A stretch of 63,463 nucleotides of DNA, filler included, from Choristocarpus tenellus KU-1152 (taxonomy: Eukaryota; Protista; Phaeophyceae), in NCBI GenBank assembly GCA_964200185.2. It is 11 parts of 11 records of this genome, joined end to end, with 100 filler letters (N's around TTAATTAATTAA, not from the genome) between each part and the next. Parts side by side here need not be neighbours in the genome. Positions count along the whole stretch, not along the records: positions 39,039 to 46,625 come from CAXNAD020005922.1; positions 46,726 to 50,800 come from CAXNAD020016358.1; positions 50,901 to 55,099 come from CAXNAD020015735.1; 8 more parts are not named here. One strand, 5' to 3'. The position numbers were made by a program, and so were the translations under genes. This document shows positions 40,964-53,900 of this stretch, in pieces; position 1 is the stretch's first letter, and each line of letters opens with the position of its first letter. The notes below the pieces were generated by a model, which had not been told where the DNA came from, ran no database searches, and saw only the letters and a list, made by a program, of their open reading frames with translations.

Positions 40964-43900
40964 GCAGCTTGAACCTCACCAACGCCGACGGTAGTGGCAA
41001 GTGCGACGTGATATACGTGGGCATAATTCCGACTGATGTGCAGAAGTCGGAGCTTCAGGACTATTCCCGAGATTTCAAGGTTAGTATGATATAGTAGTAG
41101 TTTGCAATGGTGCAGGTAAGGTGTACTCTGTATGTAAGAATTGATGAACAAAGACGTTGTCGATTCATCGAGATACGTTGTTGGCCTCTATACTCCTGTC
41201 GGTCAGGATATTACGAGGAAGTCTCACTTGTTACAACATCTTCAAGTTCGATTTGTTCGCAGCCTTGCTACTCCGTACAGGAATTGATCCATGATCCGTG
41301 CATGATTTTCAGGTGCGACTGGTATGGTTCGAAAGCTCAGACGCAGCTAATGACGTCGAAGTAAACATAAGGATGAGAGTGAGTCAGACATTTGCGCCTC
41401 CACTCTGGACGATATCTTCCCCCACTCCTCCAGCGCTGAAGCTCACTTGTAAGTATAGTCTATCGTTCTGTCCTCATGCTGTACACTACAACAAGATATT
41501 AGCACAGAATTGCGAAAACGTGGAGGTTGGGATAAAGGAGTGTGCAGCAGTGCGCCTTACACATGTGTAATTGGACCTGGAAAGCTTAACATCGTTCCAC
41601 GATTTTTTTTATCGTCTTGTATTTTAGAGGAGATTTAGAAGAAAATTTGATGTTTTGACTTGATTGATACTAATAATAGTACTGCAATTGTGAGATTTGA
41701 TGGACTGAGTCTGCACACAGCCCTACATCTGAGAGTCAGAGCAATTGAGATGTAGGCAAGGTTGTATTTTTAGAAGGCTTCGAGAGATGGCCAAAGGACT
41801 CCTTTTCTGTACAACTGTAGAGAGGGAAGGCCTCTGCTGAATTGCGGTAAGATTTAGATTGTGGAGAAGAGGAATATTATAAAACCCATCCTAAGTTTTT
41901 GGATAGGAGTTATTTGAAGAAATTGTGTACGGTAACAGCACAACACTTTTCAACCGTACGAGTAGAAACTGGAGATTCCTCCCACACACCCCACACCCCT
42001 GACATGTGGACGTTTTCTGTACCGTCGCCTGTCATTCTGATTATCATCTCTACAGCGGCGGGGGATGCGCTTTCTTCCGTGGTTAGGGATGGCATGATGA
42101 CAAACCCACAGAAGAACAACATGTTCACCCGTCCTCTGCACCAGTACGCATCCACGTTCGATAATGGAACAGCCACTATTGTTGCCTCGTAAGTACCAAG
42201 CAACATTTCCCCTACTGCCTACAACGTGCAAATAATACTTTTAAAGTTGACTTTGAGCAGCATGCAAAAATCCACACATCCCCTGGCAGTGCTCCGATTC
42301 CATTGATTTCAGTTGGATACAAGTTCCTTTGATTTAAACACGCCTGAGGGTACGCTCATTTTATCAGGTATGCGGACATGAATGGAACGCCTTTATTGAG
42401 TGCCGATGACCTCCCTTCGGCAGCAGTAGTGGAGTGGATTGGAACAGACGGGCTGGAAGAGCTCTACATTTTCTTCACCATGGCATGGTTTGACATGGGT
42501 TCGTGGGCCTGGGGACATTTTGCAGCCGACTGGGGGACCAAAGGTATATTCCAAGTGAGTATAAATTAAATTCCGATGGTTCTGCGCAGTAAGGTAGCGT
42601 TTTTGTTTTTGGGGATGAAATGGTGTTCTTCTTCGCAGGATGGTCAACAAGTTTGTACTGTACATCATTGCAGTTGTTGCGGCGGAGTAGGGACTGATGT
42701 GTCAGCTTGCTAATTCTGAAATGCTGCTGGTTATATATTTACTCATTTGTTGCTGTCCTTTGTACAATATATCCAATCTGTCTCAACAGGGTGAAAGGCG
42801 CTTCTACCTCGGTCCTGTGGTGGATGACCTCTATCTTGCGACTCAACAGTTTGTGTATGATGGCGCAGACAATGAGGGCCCGGTAAGCTGGCAAACTGCC
42901 TTGCCTCACACTTCGCTTTGAGACAAGTGTGGTCCATTAAAGTTTTTCTGTTGAGGCCTCTCTTGCTTGGCGGTTGTTGAGCTTTCGGGGTAGTACCTCG
43001 GCTCGTTTGAAGTCTTTGGACATATATACAAATTTATGTCGAAATGACACCGTTCAGTCTTCTACAGATCTATCTCTTTCGACTGACGTTGATACACATT
43101 TTGCAATAACCAAACTGCTTCAGGAGGCACGACTGACTGGACCAGAGCTGGAGACCTTTGCCATATTCCAGGACTCACTCAACTCTCAATATGGCTCTGA
43201 TGTGGTTGTTGAATTTTCCTACAATGGGAACGGGGTCCTCGAGAAGGTCAGACTTGAGTCAATGTCAAAAGAAAAAATGATGATCAACCGTACGAAAAGA
43301 AGTCGCTGGCATGAAAGTGCCCTTCGTCACACAACTCCTCTGACGTTTGTGTTCAGGTTCTCTACTTGTACCGTGTAATGTAGTTTCTTTCTCGTTCTCA
43401 GTCTCACTCCTTAGAGGCTCCTTCTGTCCAACACAGGTCAACTCTGCATACACGCTGAACTTCGATGATGCTGATGCTGCACTCCTGCCCAAGGGTGAAA
43501 AGGTTATAGGGACTGGTAAGCATACATGTTTTAGGCCTAGTGGTTTCAATTGTCGTGGTTGGTGCCTTCAAAGTAGTTTCCTATTGTAGTGCTTTGGAAC
43601 AATTTCCATCACAGTAGTGCCACATTGATTTGCCCATGACTTCGGAGCACTGGTTTTTGCTAGAACAAACAATGATAACGGTTTGAGTGAAGAAGCCGCT
43701 GTCTCTATCAAACCTTTCCCAAGACGGGATTTATGGGCGAGTGGAAACAACATGATAACATATTGCGTTTAACTAAGTTACAAGTTGTTTAGGTGTGGAG
43801 TACTTGTAGTGAGGACTACTTCAAACATTTTAAAGATATCACATGCCGAGGTACCTACCCCTCTCTGTGAAACACAGGTATTTCCCCTATCCATGATTCC

Positions 43901-46442
43901 ACCTGGCTCTCGAGAGCCGTACCTGGGATGGCGGCAGAATTTGCCGCTGGGCTCTGGAACACTGATGACCTTCTGTCCGTGACATTGACGACATTGAAGG
44001 ATAAGTTCTACTGGCAGTCCCATACCATGAGCCACCTCTCAAGAGACAACCTTGGCGCATCAGATTGCACCGTTGAGGACGAGGGTAAGTGTTTTGAAAA
44101 TGTGCAAGATACAAATATGCCCTTCAATGAACATTAGAAATAGTGTGAGAATGTATGTATTTGCTTTTCCGGGGCCAAAGTACTGCCCAAGTATATCACC
44201 CTGCTGCTGTCCAATATTCTTGGGGAGTGATGGAGAAGAAGTGTGATCTTTTTTTCTTTCTTCTTGCCTAGAATGACACCTTTGTAACTTCTTCAGTAAA
44301 TTGCGTTGGCTGTCCAGGTAATATCCAGTTCGCCAAGGCAATGGACTGGTACTTCACCAACGATAACTTTAACTGGTACTCCATGGTGTCTCCTGGTATC
44401 ACTGGTCTTTTCAACGAGTTCTGCCTTGCGTGAGTTAACCTTAGGAAATGCCTGCACCTCCTTAGGGGCATGCACGTCAAGCGATATTCTGAATCTGTTC
44501 AATCTTCCTTCAAATTGTTACTAAGTAATATGGGGTTCAATAGAACTAAAACGTGTTCGTACCACGAGCCTTTGTCCTCCTTGGTCAAAGTGTAAGTAGT
44601 AACAGTAGAATACCACGCGAAAATTCAGTACATTGCCAAGGGCATATATATTTTACCTTCTGTTGGCCCTAAACTTTGTCCGTCCACAATCCTCCCTTTT
44701 CAGGAGTGGTGCTGATCAGTTGATGACATGCTACCCTGGCGACAATACCTTCGCCACAGGAACAGTTTCCCTTGTTAATCAGGAAAACCGTTTCCATCCT
44801 CTGACAACAACTGTAGCTACCAATGGTGGGTAGCGATTGTTGTGAAATACTTTTGTTACTCGTTTGTCGATCCCAATGCACTTAACTACTAATATATATG
44901 GATAGGGTTTATGATACTCTATGGCTGCCTTGAATTATTGAACGAGGACCACTTGAACGGTGATCAGTACCACACCAGTCAAACAATGTCGATGAATTGG
45001 ATCCGTATGACAGGTTACGCTGGAATTACAATCGCCCCACGGTTTGCTACCTTCATCTACTTCAACTGTGTTACAGCTGATGTGAGTTAATAATTTGACC
45101 TCTTCGCACTCAACTGTGGTGTCGGGAAGGTGTGATGTTGACACTCTAACGTTTTAGTGAGTAAAGAGTCAAAGTATCTTAGAGGGTTAAGCCGCGTCCG
45201 TTTGGGGTTTAAAATCCAATGTCACGATTTTGATGTTTTGGCTATCGTGTTTGTTAGGAAGTGTCAATATCCATTTTCCGGGCACACCCTTTCATAACAT
45301 ACACATTTTACCTACTCCAAAACATTTTGGAGGGGGAAAATGTCATTAAAAACCTATGGGAGGCCAACCCCCAAACTGACAAACGGGGCAAAACTCGTAC
45401 CCTCTAAGATGCTTTAACTCAAAGCCCTGTGGAAGAGTAGCTAGTATGTTGTTACATAAGTACTACAGTGATTGTCCTTAGTTTCTATTAGAGACAGCCG
45501 ATATTACAAGTACTATAGAACCCGGACATCATTGTTAACGGTAGTACTGGCTTCGTAACACCTGTTGTGTATGAATGGTTGTTTAGCTCTTGCCTGACGA
45601 ATACGGTACTTGCTAGGTACCTTGTCTGACGTTAACGGTCTTGCCCACCCCTGTTTTTATGCAGTGTCTTCTCAAGGAGAATGAGGTTATCAGGCGCACT
45701 GTGTGCGGATGCTCCAACCTTAACCCAAGCGAAGATAAGGGGGTAAGTTTGGCACTCAGTGAAAGGACTAGGGTGTTCACCAGGTGTTGAGTGTTCAAAT
45801 ATCTTGCCCTACTTCCCTCTCACGCATTCCTCGCATCAGCTACTGTGTTTCAGTGTTTCAGAGAGTATTACATCAACATCTTGCTTTTTCATTTTTACTC
45901 TCGGTTAAGTGTTATGCTTTTCTAATCGCTGTCTCCGTCAACTCTTTTCCGGACGCTTCATGGTGGTTGCACTTTTACAGACTTGCACTCTTTGCAGCGA
46001 TGATATCCAGTCCTTTGGAACTTTTGACAGCCTGATCGATTGGGAGAAGGAGGCAACCACGAGACAGATTCTTAGTGGCTTCCGTGACAAGTACATGTTC
46101 CACCAGGTGCATGTGTGAATATGTCCTCCTCTTGCCGTGAAAGGATTTGTAAGACGTCAAATACAAAGCACATAAAGGTTTTCGGATACCTCTTCTCTCT
46201 TAGTCAATACAACTTCGAACCAAAGCAACTCCAGAGTTTTAATTTTATCGCCCTTCTGATCCGTGTGCATTCTCTGAAATACGATACCATCTTATGTTCG
46301 CTGACTCTACTCTTCAATCATATTTCAGGCGAATGTGATTCCCACGACTGACATCGACGGAATTAGCAAGAAATCACTCCTGGAGTACTGGATGGAGGAG
46401 ATTATGTCGGAGCTCACCTCTTTCATCAGCTTCCCCATTAAG
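40964..46442 (+). CDS. Agd3-like (CE18 family) polysaccharide deacetylase, multi-exon, ends not resolved
   Basis: 14 phase-compatible GT-AG exons: 40964-41079, 41313-41448, 42056-42188, 42368-42554, 42790-42882, 43124-43246, 43437-43515, 43878-44084, 44318-44429, 44704-44825, 45014-45081, 45665-45742, 45981-46106, 46329-46442. The spliced product carries, in Agd3 order: DYSRDFKVRLV, WGTKGIFQGERRFYLGPVVDDLYL, YNGNG, YWQSHTMSH, SPGITGLFN, PGDNT, PRFATFIYFNC, DKYMFHQAN, FPI. Confidence 0.85.
45166..45420 (+). mobile_element. MITE family 1, copy in an intron of the Agd3-like gene
   Basis: GAGTCAAAGTATCTTAGAGGG...CCCTCTAAGATGCTTTAACTC; TSD imperfect (TAAA/AAAG). Confidence 0.88.
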
Positions 46443-46959
46443 GTTCTCGAGTACCTGGCTGAATATAGAACACTTGACTAGACCCCTACAAAACAAATGT
46501 GAAGTATAGTTATCGTTTGTATCCAATATCTCCCTGAAGAACAGTAATATGGATTATTGGTGCGCTGGCATTCCCTTGAGTAGATCAGAGGGGACTAGTA
46601 TCTGGGGGGGGGGGGGGGGGGGGGGNNNNNNNNNNNNNNNNNNNNNNNNNNNNNNNNNNNNNNNNNNNNTTAATTAATTAANNNNNNNNNNNNNNNNNNN
46701 NNNNNNNNNNNNNNNNNNNNNNNNNTAAGTAAGAACACGGTATGTATCACGGGGGTGATTGATCCCCGGCCCCAGGTAAAAACACAGTTGAGCCTATTGG
46801 AAAGTCTTACAGGTCTTATGAAGACGGCAAAAACCAGGTTGAAGAAATTGGCAGGTCAACAGGGGTGCAGGGGTGCCATACCACATTTCATATGGTGATT
46901 TACAACCAGGGTTAGCCGCAGTCGATGTTCGATTGAGTGAGTCATAAACATAGTATTGA

Positions 46960-47218
46960 GAGTGAAAGTATCCTAGAGGGTACGAGTTTTGATCTGTTTG
47001 TCAATTTGTGGCTTGACTTCCCTCGGGGGTTTTTATGACATTTTTCTACTCCAAAATATTTCGGAGTAGGCAAATTGTATACGTTATGAAACGGTGTTTC
47101 GGGAACATGGATGATAACACTTTCTATCAAGTACGATAGTCAAAATTACATCGAAATCGCAACATTGAACTTTGGCCCCCAAATGGACGCGGCTCTACCC
47201 TCTAACATACTTTGGCTC
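46960..47218 (-). mobile_element. MITE family 1, inverted full copy, TSD TTGA
   Basis: GAGTGAAAGTATCCTAGAGGGTACGAG...CCCTCTAACATACTTTGGCTC with TTGA on both sides. Confidence 0.9.
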
Positions 47219-47660
47219 TTGAGCTTCAGCCCATAAGGAGTCTATCTTGGGAATAGTGACATGGGGAAAAAGTAAGGCGGGCAGCTAATGAAGTTTCATC
47301 AATAATACCCAGCATACATTCGGCATGTCGAATAACCTAGTGTTATCCTTACGATATTTGTGCTGACACAAGCATATAACATAGGTTATATGTACGTTCA
47401 TAATTGGTTAGGTATGATACAAAGTACGTACTTATATAAAATATAATAAGTCAACATTTATTCACACGTCAGTGATGATGGATCGTTGACGGGCATTTAA
47501 TATAATTCAGTGTGTGCTTTACCATGTAATTGAACTGCTAGCTTCCGGCGATGAGCCTTAAATGCGCCAAGCTTCTCAACACGCTTAAGCTCATAACACA
47601 AACTCTAGCTAGGGGAAGCGCAGCTGGACTGGTATGTTTTGAATTGGTACTGCATCACTC

Positions 47661-48918
47661 ATGACCTCAGATGGGACCCACACCAAACTCCTTCAGCTTT
47701 CGGATGACAATTATGCAGACTGGTTCACTACAACGCGTGCATTTTTGGGGGCGAAGGGGGATATTGAATAGGCATTGCAGTATAGAGGAGGGAATCCATC
47801 TGAGTGGGTAACATCGAATTCATTGAGAGTGAAGATGTCAGTGAAGACGAAGTCACCAAGGCCAAGAAGGCTTATGACGTCCTGCTGAGGAGCACCAGTG
47901 GGATTTAGCAGTGTATAGTCCGGAATGCTGCCTCACCTTCAGCAGCCTGGAAACAACTACGAGAACACTTCCTTACTCAGTCAGATGAGGAAATAGCCAG
48001 ACTCCAAAGGAACTTTATGACGGTCAAGATGCCTCGGGGATCCGATCCCCAAATCACTTTCACGATGATGCTGGACTGGGTTGGCCAGATGGCGATGATG
48101 GGGCATGTGATGTCCGAGCAGGTCCTAGAAATCGCTATGTTAGACTGTTTGGATGACGACTACCAGATCACCAAACACTATCTCCAGCACCATAACAAAA
48201 GTGAGCGTTCGAGAGCTACGATACAACAAGTTGCTTGTTCGCGCTACTTCTCACTTCAATGGGAAGCAGCTGATCGCGGGGAGCCAGGGAGCGCTCTTTC
48301 CGCCCAGATCCAACAAAAGGTTAACCAGGAAGGAAACCAAGGTATGACCGGTCATCGTATACACCCTGGGATGACAGGATCCCGTCCCAGAAGGTTGACC
48401 AGGGCTAAAGAAATATGCACAAGGTGCGGACTGGAAAGGCTGTCCAGGGCCAAGAGAAATATGCACAAGGTGAGACTGGAAAAGCACGCAGGCCCTTGCA
48501 CATATAAAGGACTGTGCTACAGCTGCGGGAGCAGAGGCCACCAGCAAGCTGTTTGCTCTCAGAGGAAGCCAGGACCACCAAAGTTGGTGGGAAGTTCATA
48601 TCGCCAGAGGGAGAATCCGCTAAAGTCGGCGGAAGTTCGAGGCTGGATCAGAGGAACCGGCTAGAACAGGAAGGAAGATTAAGGACCATGTTAGCCGCTG
48701 TGACTGAAAATGGCAAGGTTAGAACGAACGCTTTCGAAACATAGTGTTTTGATTCGGGGACTTCCAATAATGCGGCGAAAGACCCAAAGTACATTTGTGA
48801 CTTCACCACATGTCCATAAGGCTGCAAAATGACTGTAGCTGACGGCTCATCGCTACCCATTGTGGGGTATGGCAAGATTGATCTGGATTTCAATGTTGAC
48901 CGTGATGAGTGGGTGCAT
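47661..48918 (+). mobile_element. Degenerate Ty1/Copia LTR retrotransposon gag-protease relic
   Basis: LSDDNYADW...FLGAKG (Copia gag N-terminus), AAWKTLREHF (UBN2-like gag), CCHC zinc knuckle CYSCGSRGHQQAVC, then protease-like FDSGTS and TVADGSSLPIVGYG. Interrupted by stops and frameshifts and cut off by a MITE at 48919. Confidence 0.8.
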
Positions 48919-49177
48919 GAGCCAAAGTATCTTAGAGGGTAGAGCCGCATCCATTTGGGGGTCAAAATCCAATGGTGCAATGTGATGTAACTTTCGATAT
49001 CGTGTTTGTTAGCAAGTGTCAATATGTATGTTTCGGACACACGTTTTCACAACGTATACATTTTATCTACTCGGAAACATTTCGGAGTAGGAAAATGTCA
49101 TAAAAAACCCCATGGGAAGCCAAGCCCCAAATGGACAAATAGGGCAAAATCTCGTACCCTCTAAGATACTTTCACTC
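48919..49177 (+). mobile_element. MITE family 1, full-length copy without TSD at the Copia/DIRS junction
   Basis: TIRs intact; flanks are GCAT (left) and AAAA (right), which differ. Confidence 0.88.
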
Positions 49178-50640
49178 AAAACTGTTTCACATGTCATACG
49201 TTATACGCCCAGGGATAATTTTTCTTTGGCAGCGGGTGTATCTGTCGGAGTTACACCAGAGGGGGGTTGGTTGAGAAGGAGAGCGAGTTGGGGTGGTCAG
49301 AGGGAACAGAGGGAGGGAATAAGGGAAGGAAACAGAAAGATCAGGATAGGTAAGGAATTTAAGGAAGAATTGTATTGGTGGGGGTGGGTGGCAGAACGAG
49401 GCTTGGCAAAGAAAGGGGGAAACCTGAGTTTGCCCTTGATGTGCTTTGTGGTAAGACCACCAGTGACAACATGCTATTGATATGCGTGCTTTTCAGCAGT
49501 AGGAGGGCACAGTGTGGAGACGGGTAAGTGGTGAAGGTAGGATTTCCCGGAGTGTGTGAAGAAAGACATTACACAAAGAATGATTAAAGGAGAGGAAGGG
49601 AGATCGATCAATGTACTGGAATTGTTAGGGATGGTAGTGAATGCGTGGTTATTGGTGGTGAAGATAGGGGAAAGGGCGAAGAAGAAAGGAGACCCAGTGC
49701 AGCTAAGAGGGGACAACAACTCTGCGATGCACTGGTTCCTGCTGAAGGGGATGGAGAGGAGTCACACAAAAATAGGCAGCCAGCCTAAGAAGAGGATACC
49801 TCTGACATGGAGAATGATTTTAGAAACAAAGCACTGTATTGAAATGTTAGGAAGGAAGGGTGAATTGACAAGGCTAGGGTTGTATTTCTCGTTGTTCTTC
49901 CTAGCAAGAGCATCAGAGTTGTGGACTTACGATGAAGGGGGGGTAGTACATGGAGATTTTGCGGTAAGAAGGAGGGATGTAGTGTGGAGGAGGGGAGTGA
50001 AGAGACTGAGGTGGGAAAATAGGCTCCAAGCAGAAAAGGTTGAAATAACGTTTTGAGTCAAATTATCTTAGAGCATAGAGCCGTGTCCATTTGGGGGCCA
50101 AAATCCAATGTTGCAATTTTGATGTAATTTTGGCTATCATGTTTGTTTGGAGAGACAACATCCTTGTTCCGCACACACCTTTTCATAATGTAAACAATTT
50201 ACCTACTCCGGAACATCTTGGAGTAGGTAAAATGTAATTAAAAACCCGTGGGAAGCCAAGCCCCAAATGGACAAACAGGGCAGAAATCGTACCCTCTAAG
50301 ATACTTTCACTCTTACAGGGTCAAAAAGAGACCAGGGCAGGAAGGGAGCAGTGTCGACAAGGTTTAAAGTGAGAAAAACAGTAAAGGGACCCAAGTTGAG
50401 ACCAGAGGAGTATGCTTTGATTTCGGGTAGAGGGTAGGGGGAACCACGAGCCACGAGATTGGCAACCATGGGGGTATCGGAGTTCGTAATACAGAGGGAG
50501 GGGAGATGGAAGTCGGGTGTATTCATGTTATACGTCAGGGCCAACCAGAGGGACCCAGTGTGGGTTTTCGAAGGGTCTGGCAGAGAGTAGGAAGGACTGG
50601 GTTCAACTAGGGCAGGAGAAAAAGGGATGAACTAGAAGAG
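49178..50640 (+). mobile_element. Degenerate tyrosine-recombinase (DIRS/Ngaro-like) retrotransposon relic: RNase H plus YR fragments
   Basis: RNase H-like motifs DACFSAVGG, SINVLELLGMV and VQLRGDNNSA. YR-like motifs RIPLT, SLFFLARASEL, GSKRDQGRKG, YALISGR...ATRL and IQREGRWKS..FMLYVR. Interrupted by the MITE at 50055-50312. Confidence 0.78.
50055..50312 (+). mobile_element. MITE family 1, copy inserted in the YR coding region
   Basis: Splits EITF | TGSKRDQ; TIRs recognisable; TSD degenerate. Confidence 0.88.
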
Positions 50641-50728
50641 AAATCAACCCTGAAGGGGAGGGGAGGTCAAGTTCGGACGGGGTAGATGTCTTCTAGCTCA
50701 AAGGCACGGTATGAAAGGGATGACGAAG

Positions 50729-50800
50729 GAGTCAAAGTATCTTAGAGGGTAGAGCCGCGTCCATTTAGTGGCCAAAATCCAATGTTGCGATTCTGATGTC
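50729..50800 (+). mobile_element. MITE family 1, 5' part truncated by contig end
   Basis: GAGTCAAAGTATCTTAGAGGGTAGAGCCGCGTCCATTT... Confidence 0.85.
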
Positions 50801-50900
50801 NNNNNNNNNNNNNNNNNNNNNNNNNNNNNNNNNNNNNNNNNNNNTTAATTAATTAANNNNNNNNNNNNNNNNNNNNNNNNNNNNNNNNNNNNNNNNNNNN

Positions 50901-50923
50901 CCCCTCCCAGATACTTTGAGCCC
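50901..50923. mobile_element. MITE family 2 terminal repeat at contig start
   Basis: CCCCTCCCAGATACTTTGAGCCC; a matching end GGGTCAAAGTATCTGGGGGGG closes the same contig at 55069-55099. Confidence 0.6.
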
Positions 50924-53900
50924 CCCCCCTTATCGGCATCTCCAATGTGCTCTTGTTCGCTGTTCCCGAAGACTGAAAATATCTGACTCGTCCTGACCTC
51001 CTTTTGTCTCTCTTCCTCAAGGTACTCGAGCCCGAGTATCAAGTCTCTATCCTTTCTCCTAGTGCCACACCTTGACGGAGGTACCTATACATCCCCTATT
51101 TACCATCTTCCAAAACCAGACTCAACAGCCACTGATACGAGTAGTACTGTACCGCACACCGCAGTTCTACCAAGTAGATGATACAACTGCACCTTCAAAA
51201 AAGAGGGAGAGGACTTACATGCTGCAGAGCAATTTGGGGATGTATCTCGTTGCTTGATGAAATGCTTTTTGAGCCAATGTAATTGAGAGAAAAGATTATT
51301 TGGACCCTTTTGCATTTAATTGCTTTATGTCCACTAAAGCGTGGGCAAGATAAATATTCCCCTTTTCCACACATAAAGTGGCTCTGTCTACAATTCTACA
51401 AAGTTGTGTCTTTCTGCCCCTTCTCGGGATGCCTAAATTGCAGTCTTGCCTACCTCTCAACTACTTTGGCTCATTTGCTCACTCACTTGGAGCTCTAATC
51501 CTTGCTGAAAGTACAGCAGTGCTCAGTGAAGAATCAAAGTTTATGTTCAGAATAACAAGACCTGGTGTTAACAACAAAAAAGGAAGCATCTAAAGGACCA
51601 ATTGTGGTTGTGGTTTGTGGATGTTAACTGTGATGGCAGGAAGGCACACAAGGGGAGGTAGTTGAATAGAATAGCATACTTACATGTACATGCAAAAATC
51701 AAATGCCATCCGGGCCGCTGGAACATGGTAGAAACCATCGGGCCGAGCAGCCATTCCCATCAGGAGGAATTGCAAACCAGGAAAGCAGGACGATGCTGAA
51801 TCTTGGTTAACCTTGCCAGACGATAACAAAACAGTTGGGTAAAGGAGGAATTCGGGCCGGGTGTGAAAGGTAGAAATTGTTTCCACTGATGCATATGAGA
51901 ATGGCATGGGGGTGGGGATTGCAATTGTAGGTAGTTGTAAGGATCACGTTACTCCCGTGTAGGTGGGGGTCTCTGATGGGGGAGGGAAAGAGAAGGGGGA
52001 GGAGTGGGTTTTTCTATGAAATACGTTGGCTGTTATAAGTTTGTCTTCATTATCTTACCGCTGGAAGAAGATGGAAGGATGGGTAGGGGTTGGGGCGTTG
52101 AGGGAGAAGTGGATAGACAGATCCATTGAGGATCATCTCACTCTACCCTTTCAATAATACTTCAAAAAATGTTCAATTCCACTGTTCACCACTCCCTCTC
52201 TATAACCCTCCCACACAAAAGCCAATGATCAGGTAACTCGTAGACAGTTTGTAAATTTAGTTATGAGATTTGAGGAAGAAGAGTGGGTTGGTTGGTTGGT
52301 GCGTTGATGGGTGAGAGGAGTAAATCACACGTTGGTTACCTTTAAAGTTCCTACATTGAGTAATTTCACCTGTACATCCTGGAGAAAGCATGTATCGATC
52401 ATAAACTTGATATTATTCCCATTCTCGTTCTCGCTCCTCCTTAAATTATATACATTCCAGGCATGTCGATCAAAGGGGCTTGGAAGGCCTTGTATGTAAC
52501 GGTACAGGATGAAATCCTGTACCAGGGGGGTGCATAGGAAATCCAACCAACGCTCTTGGATGGCTGATACCTGTATATTGTACACAACATGGCAGCAACA
52601 TTTATTCAATTCGTGGTGTAGGTATTTGTCTGAGGGGGTTAGGTGGAAGAGGGGAGTGGAGAAGGATGGGAATGGAGGCGATGCTTGCCCCTCCAGGCAA
52701 TCCTTTCCACTTTGTTTGCTCTGGAACTTCTTCTCTTGCACACACGTAACTACTTGCACATACTCATCTTCTGTAGTTTGTATGGTTAACTATCAGAGAA
52801 CTTTGTGCACAACCACGTCATAGTAATAAATACTAAAAAAATTGTCATCATGCATTTACTCCAGAGTAGGTTTGGAAGAAATATATTAATAGTACCCAGT
52901 ATTCATGAATTATTGTTCAATTGCTCGCCGGATCTTCACTGGAGTGTTGATCAGATGGAATTACATGTACCACTGCACAGCACTTCAAAGTAAGTAGCAT
53001 ACACCTAGCACAGGTGCGGATTCATGTGCCAGACACTAAATCTAATGCATGCCTGCGATTCAAGTGGACCTGATACAGGTTCAGATATTACAACGTTTTC
53101 CGAACCCCAACTCAGAACTGCGGTTCAAGAAAAAGTAGATTCAGCCCAGACTCGACTCGTCACCGACTTCCATCCTTATCCATAGGCCGTGTCCGGACTA
53201 CAATTGATTGCTATGTATAGTGCAATTTGCCATGCCAGGAAAGACACTTTCACCAAAAAACGCAAGGCACAGGTTAGGCCGCTGGAAATTGATAGAATGG
53301 TGCGAACCAGTCCCGTCCTCCAAAACTGTCATTTTCTAGGCCGAAAATCCAGCTTATACATCCTTCCTTTGCCTACTGAAGTTAATACCTGCCACCATCA
53401 GACGCCATGCACACTCTTACCATCCATGCAGATTTCTGATTGGGTAGAAACATGGTATACTTTAGTAGTACTCTTCCGAGGATCACAGACTATTTTTTAC
53501 TATACGTAGTACTAGTTTACTAAGGGCACCACCTCAAACACAACAAACATGACAGTACAGGTGTTAAGGAAGCTGTTGTTTCCCACGACTTGTGTATATA
53601 AAATATTTGATTGATTCCTTGGTGGATTGACAAGATGTACATGGCGTAAGGAAGACTCGTGAGGAGGAGCGAGCCTTCAAACCCAAAGGGGGGTCCTGGT
53701 TCACCAAATCAATCCTATTCTATGGATCACCAATCATTAATCACAGATTACTTGCTACAATTTTTCCTAATTCTTGAACTCTGCCGTGTTCTAGTTCATT
53801 TACACATACTAATCTCCTATTGTTCAGGATCTCAGACTTGTTCTCTTCCATCAACTGATTTGTTTCTTACATAATCTACTATTAAGCAAGAATTTAAAGC

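Noticed and set aside
47376-47395. Copia primer-binding site or LTR end (AACATAGGTTAT)
   Set aside because: Only a partial match, and there is no second LTR in the contig to confirm it.
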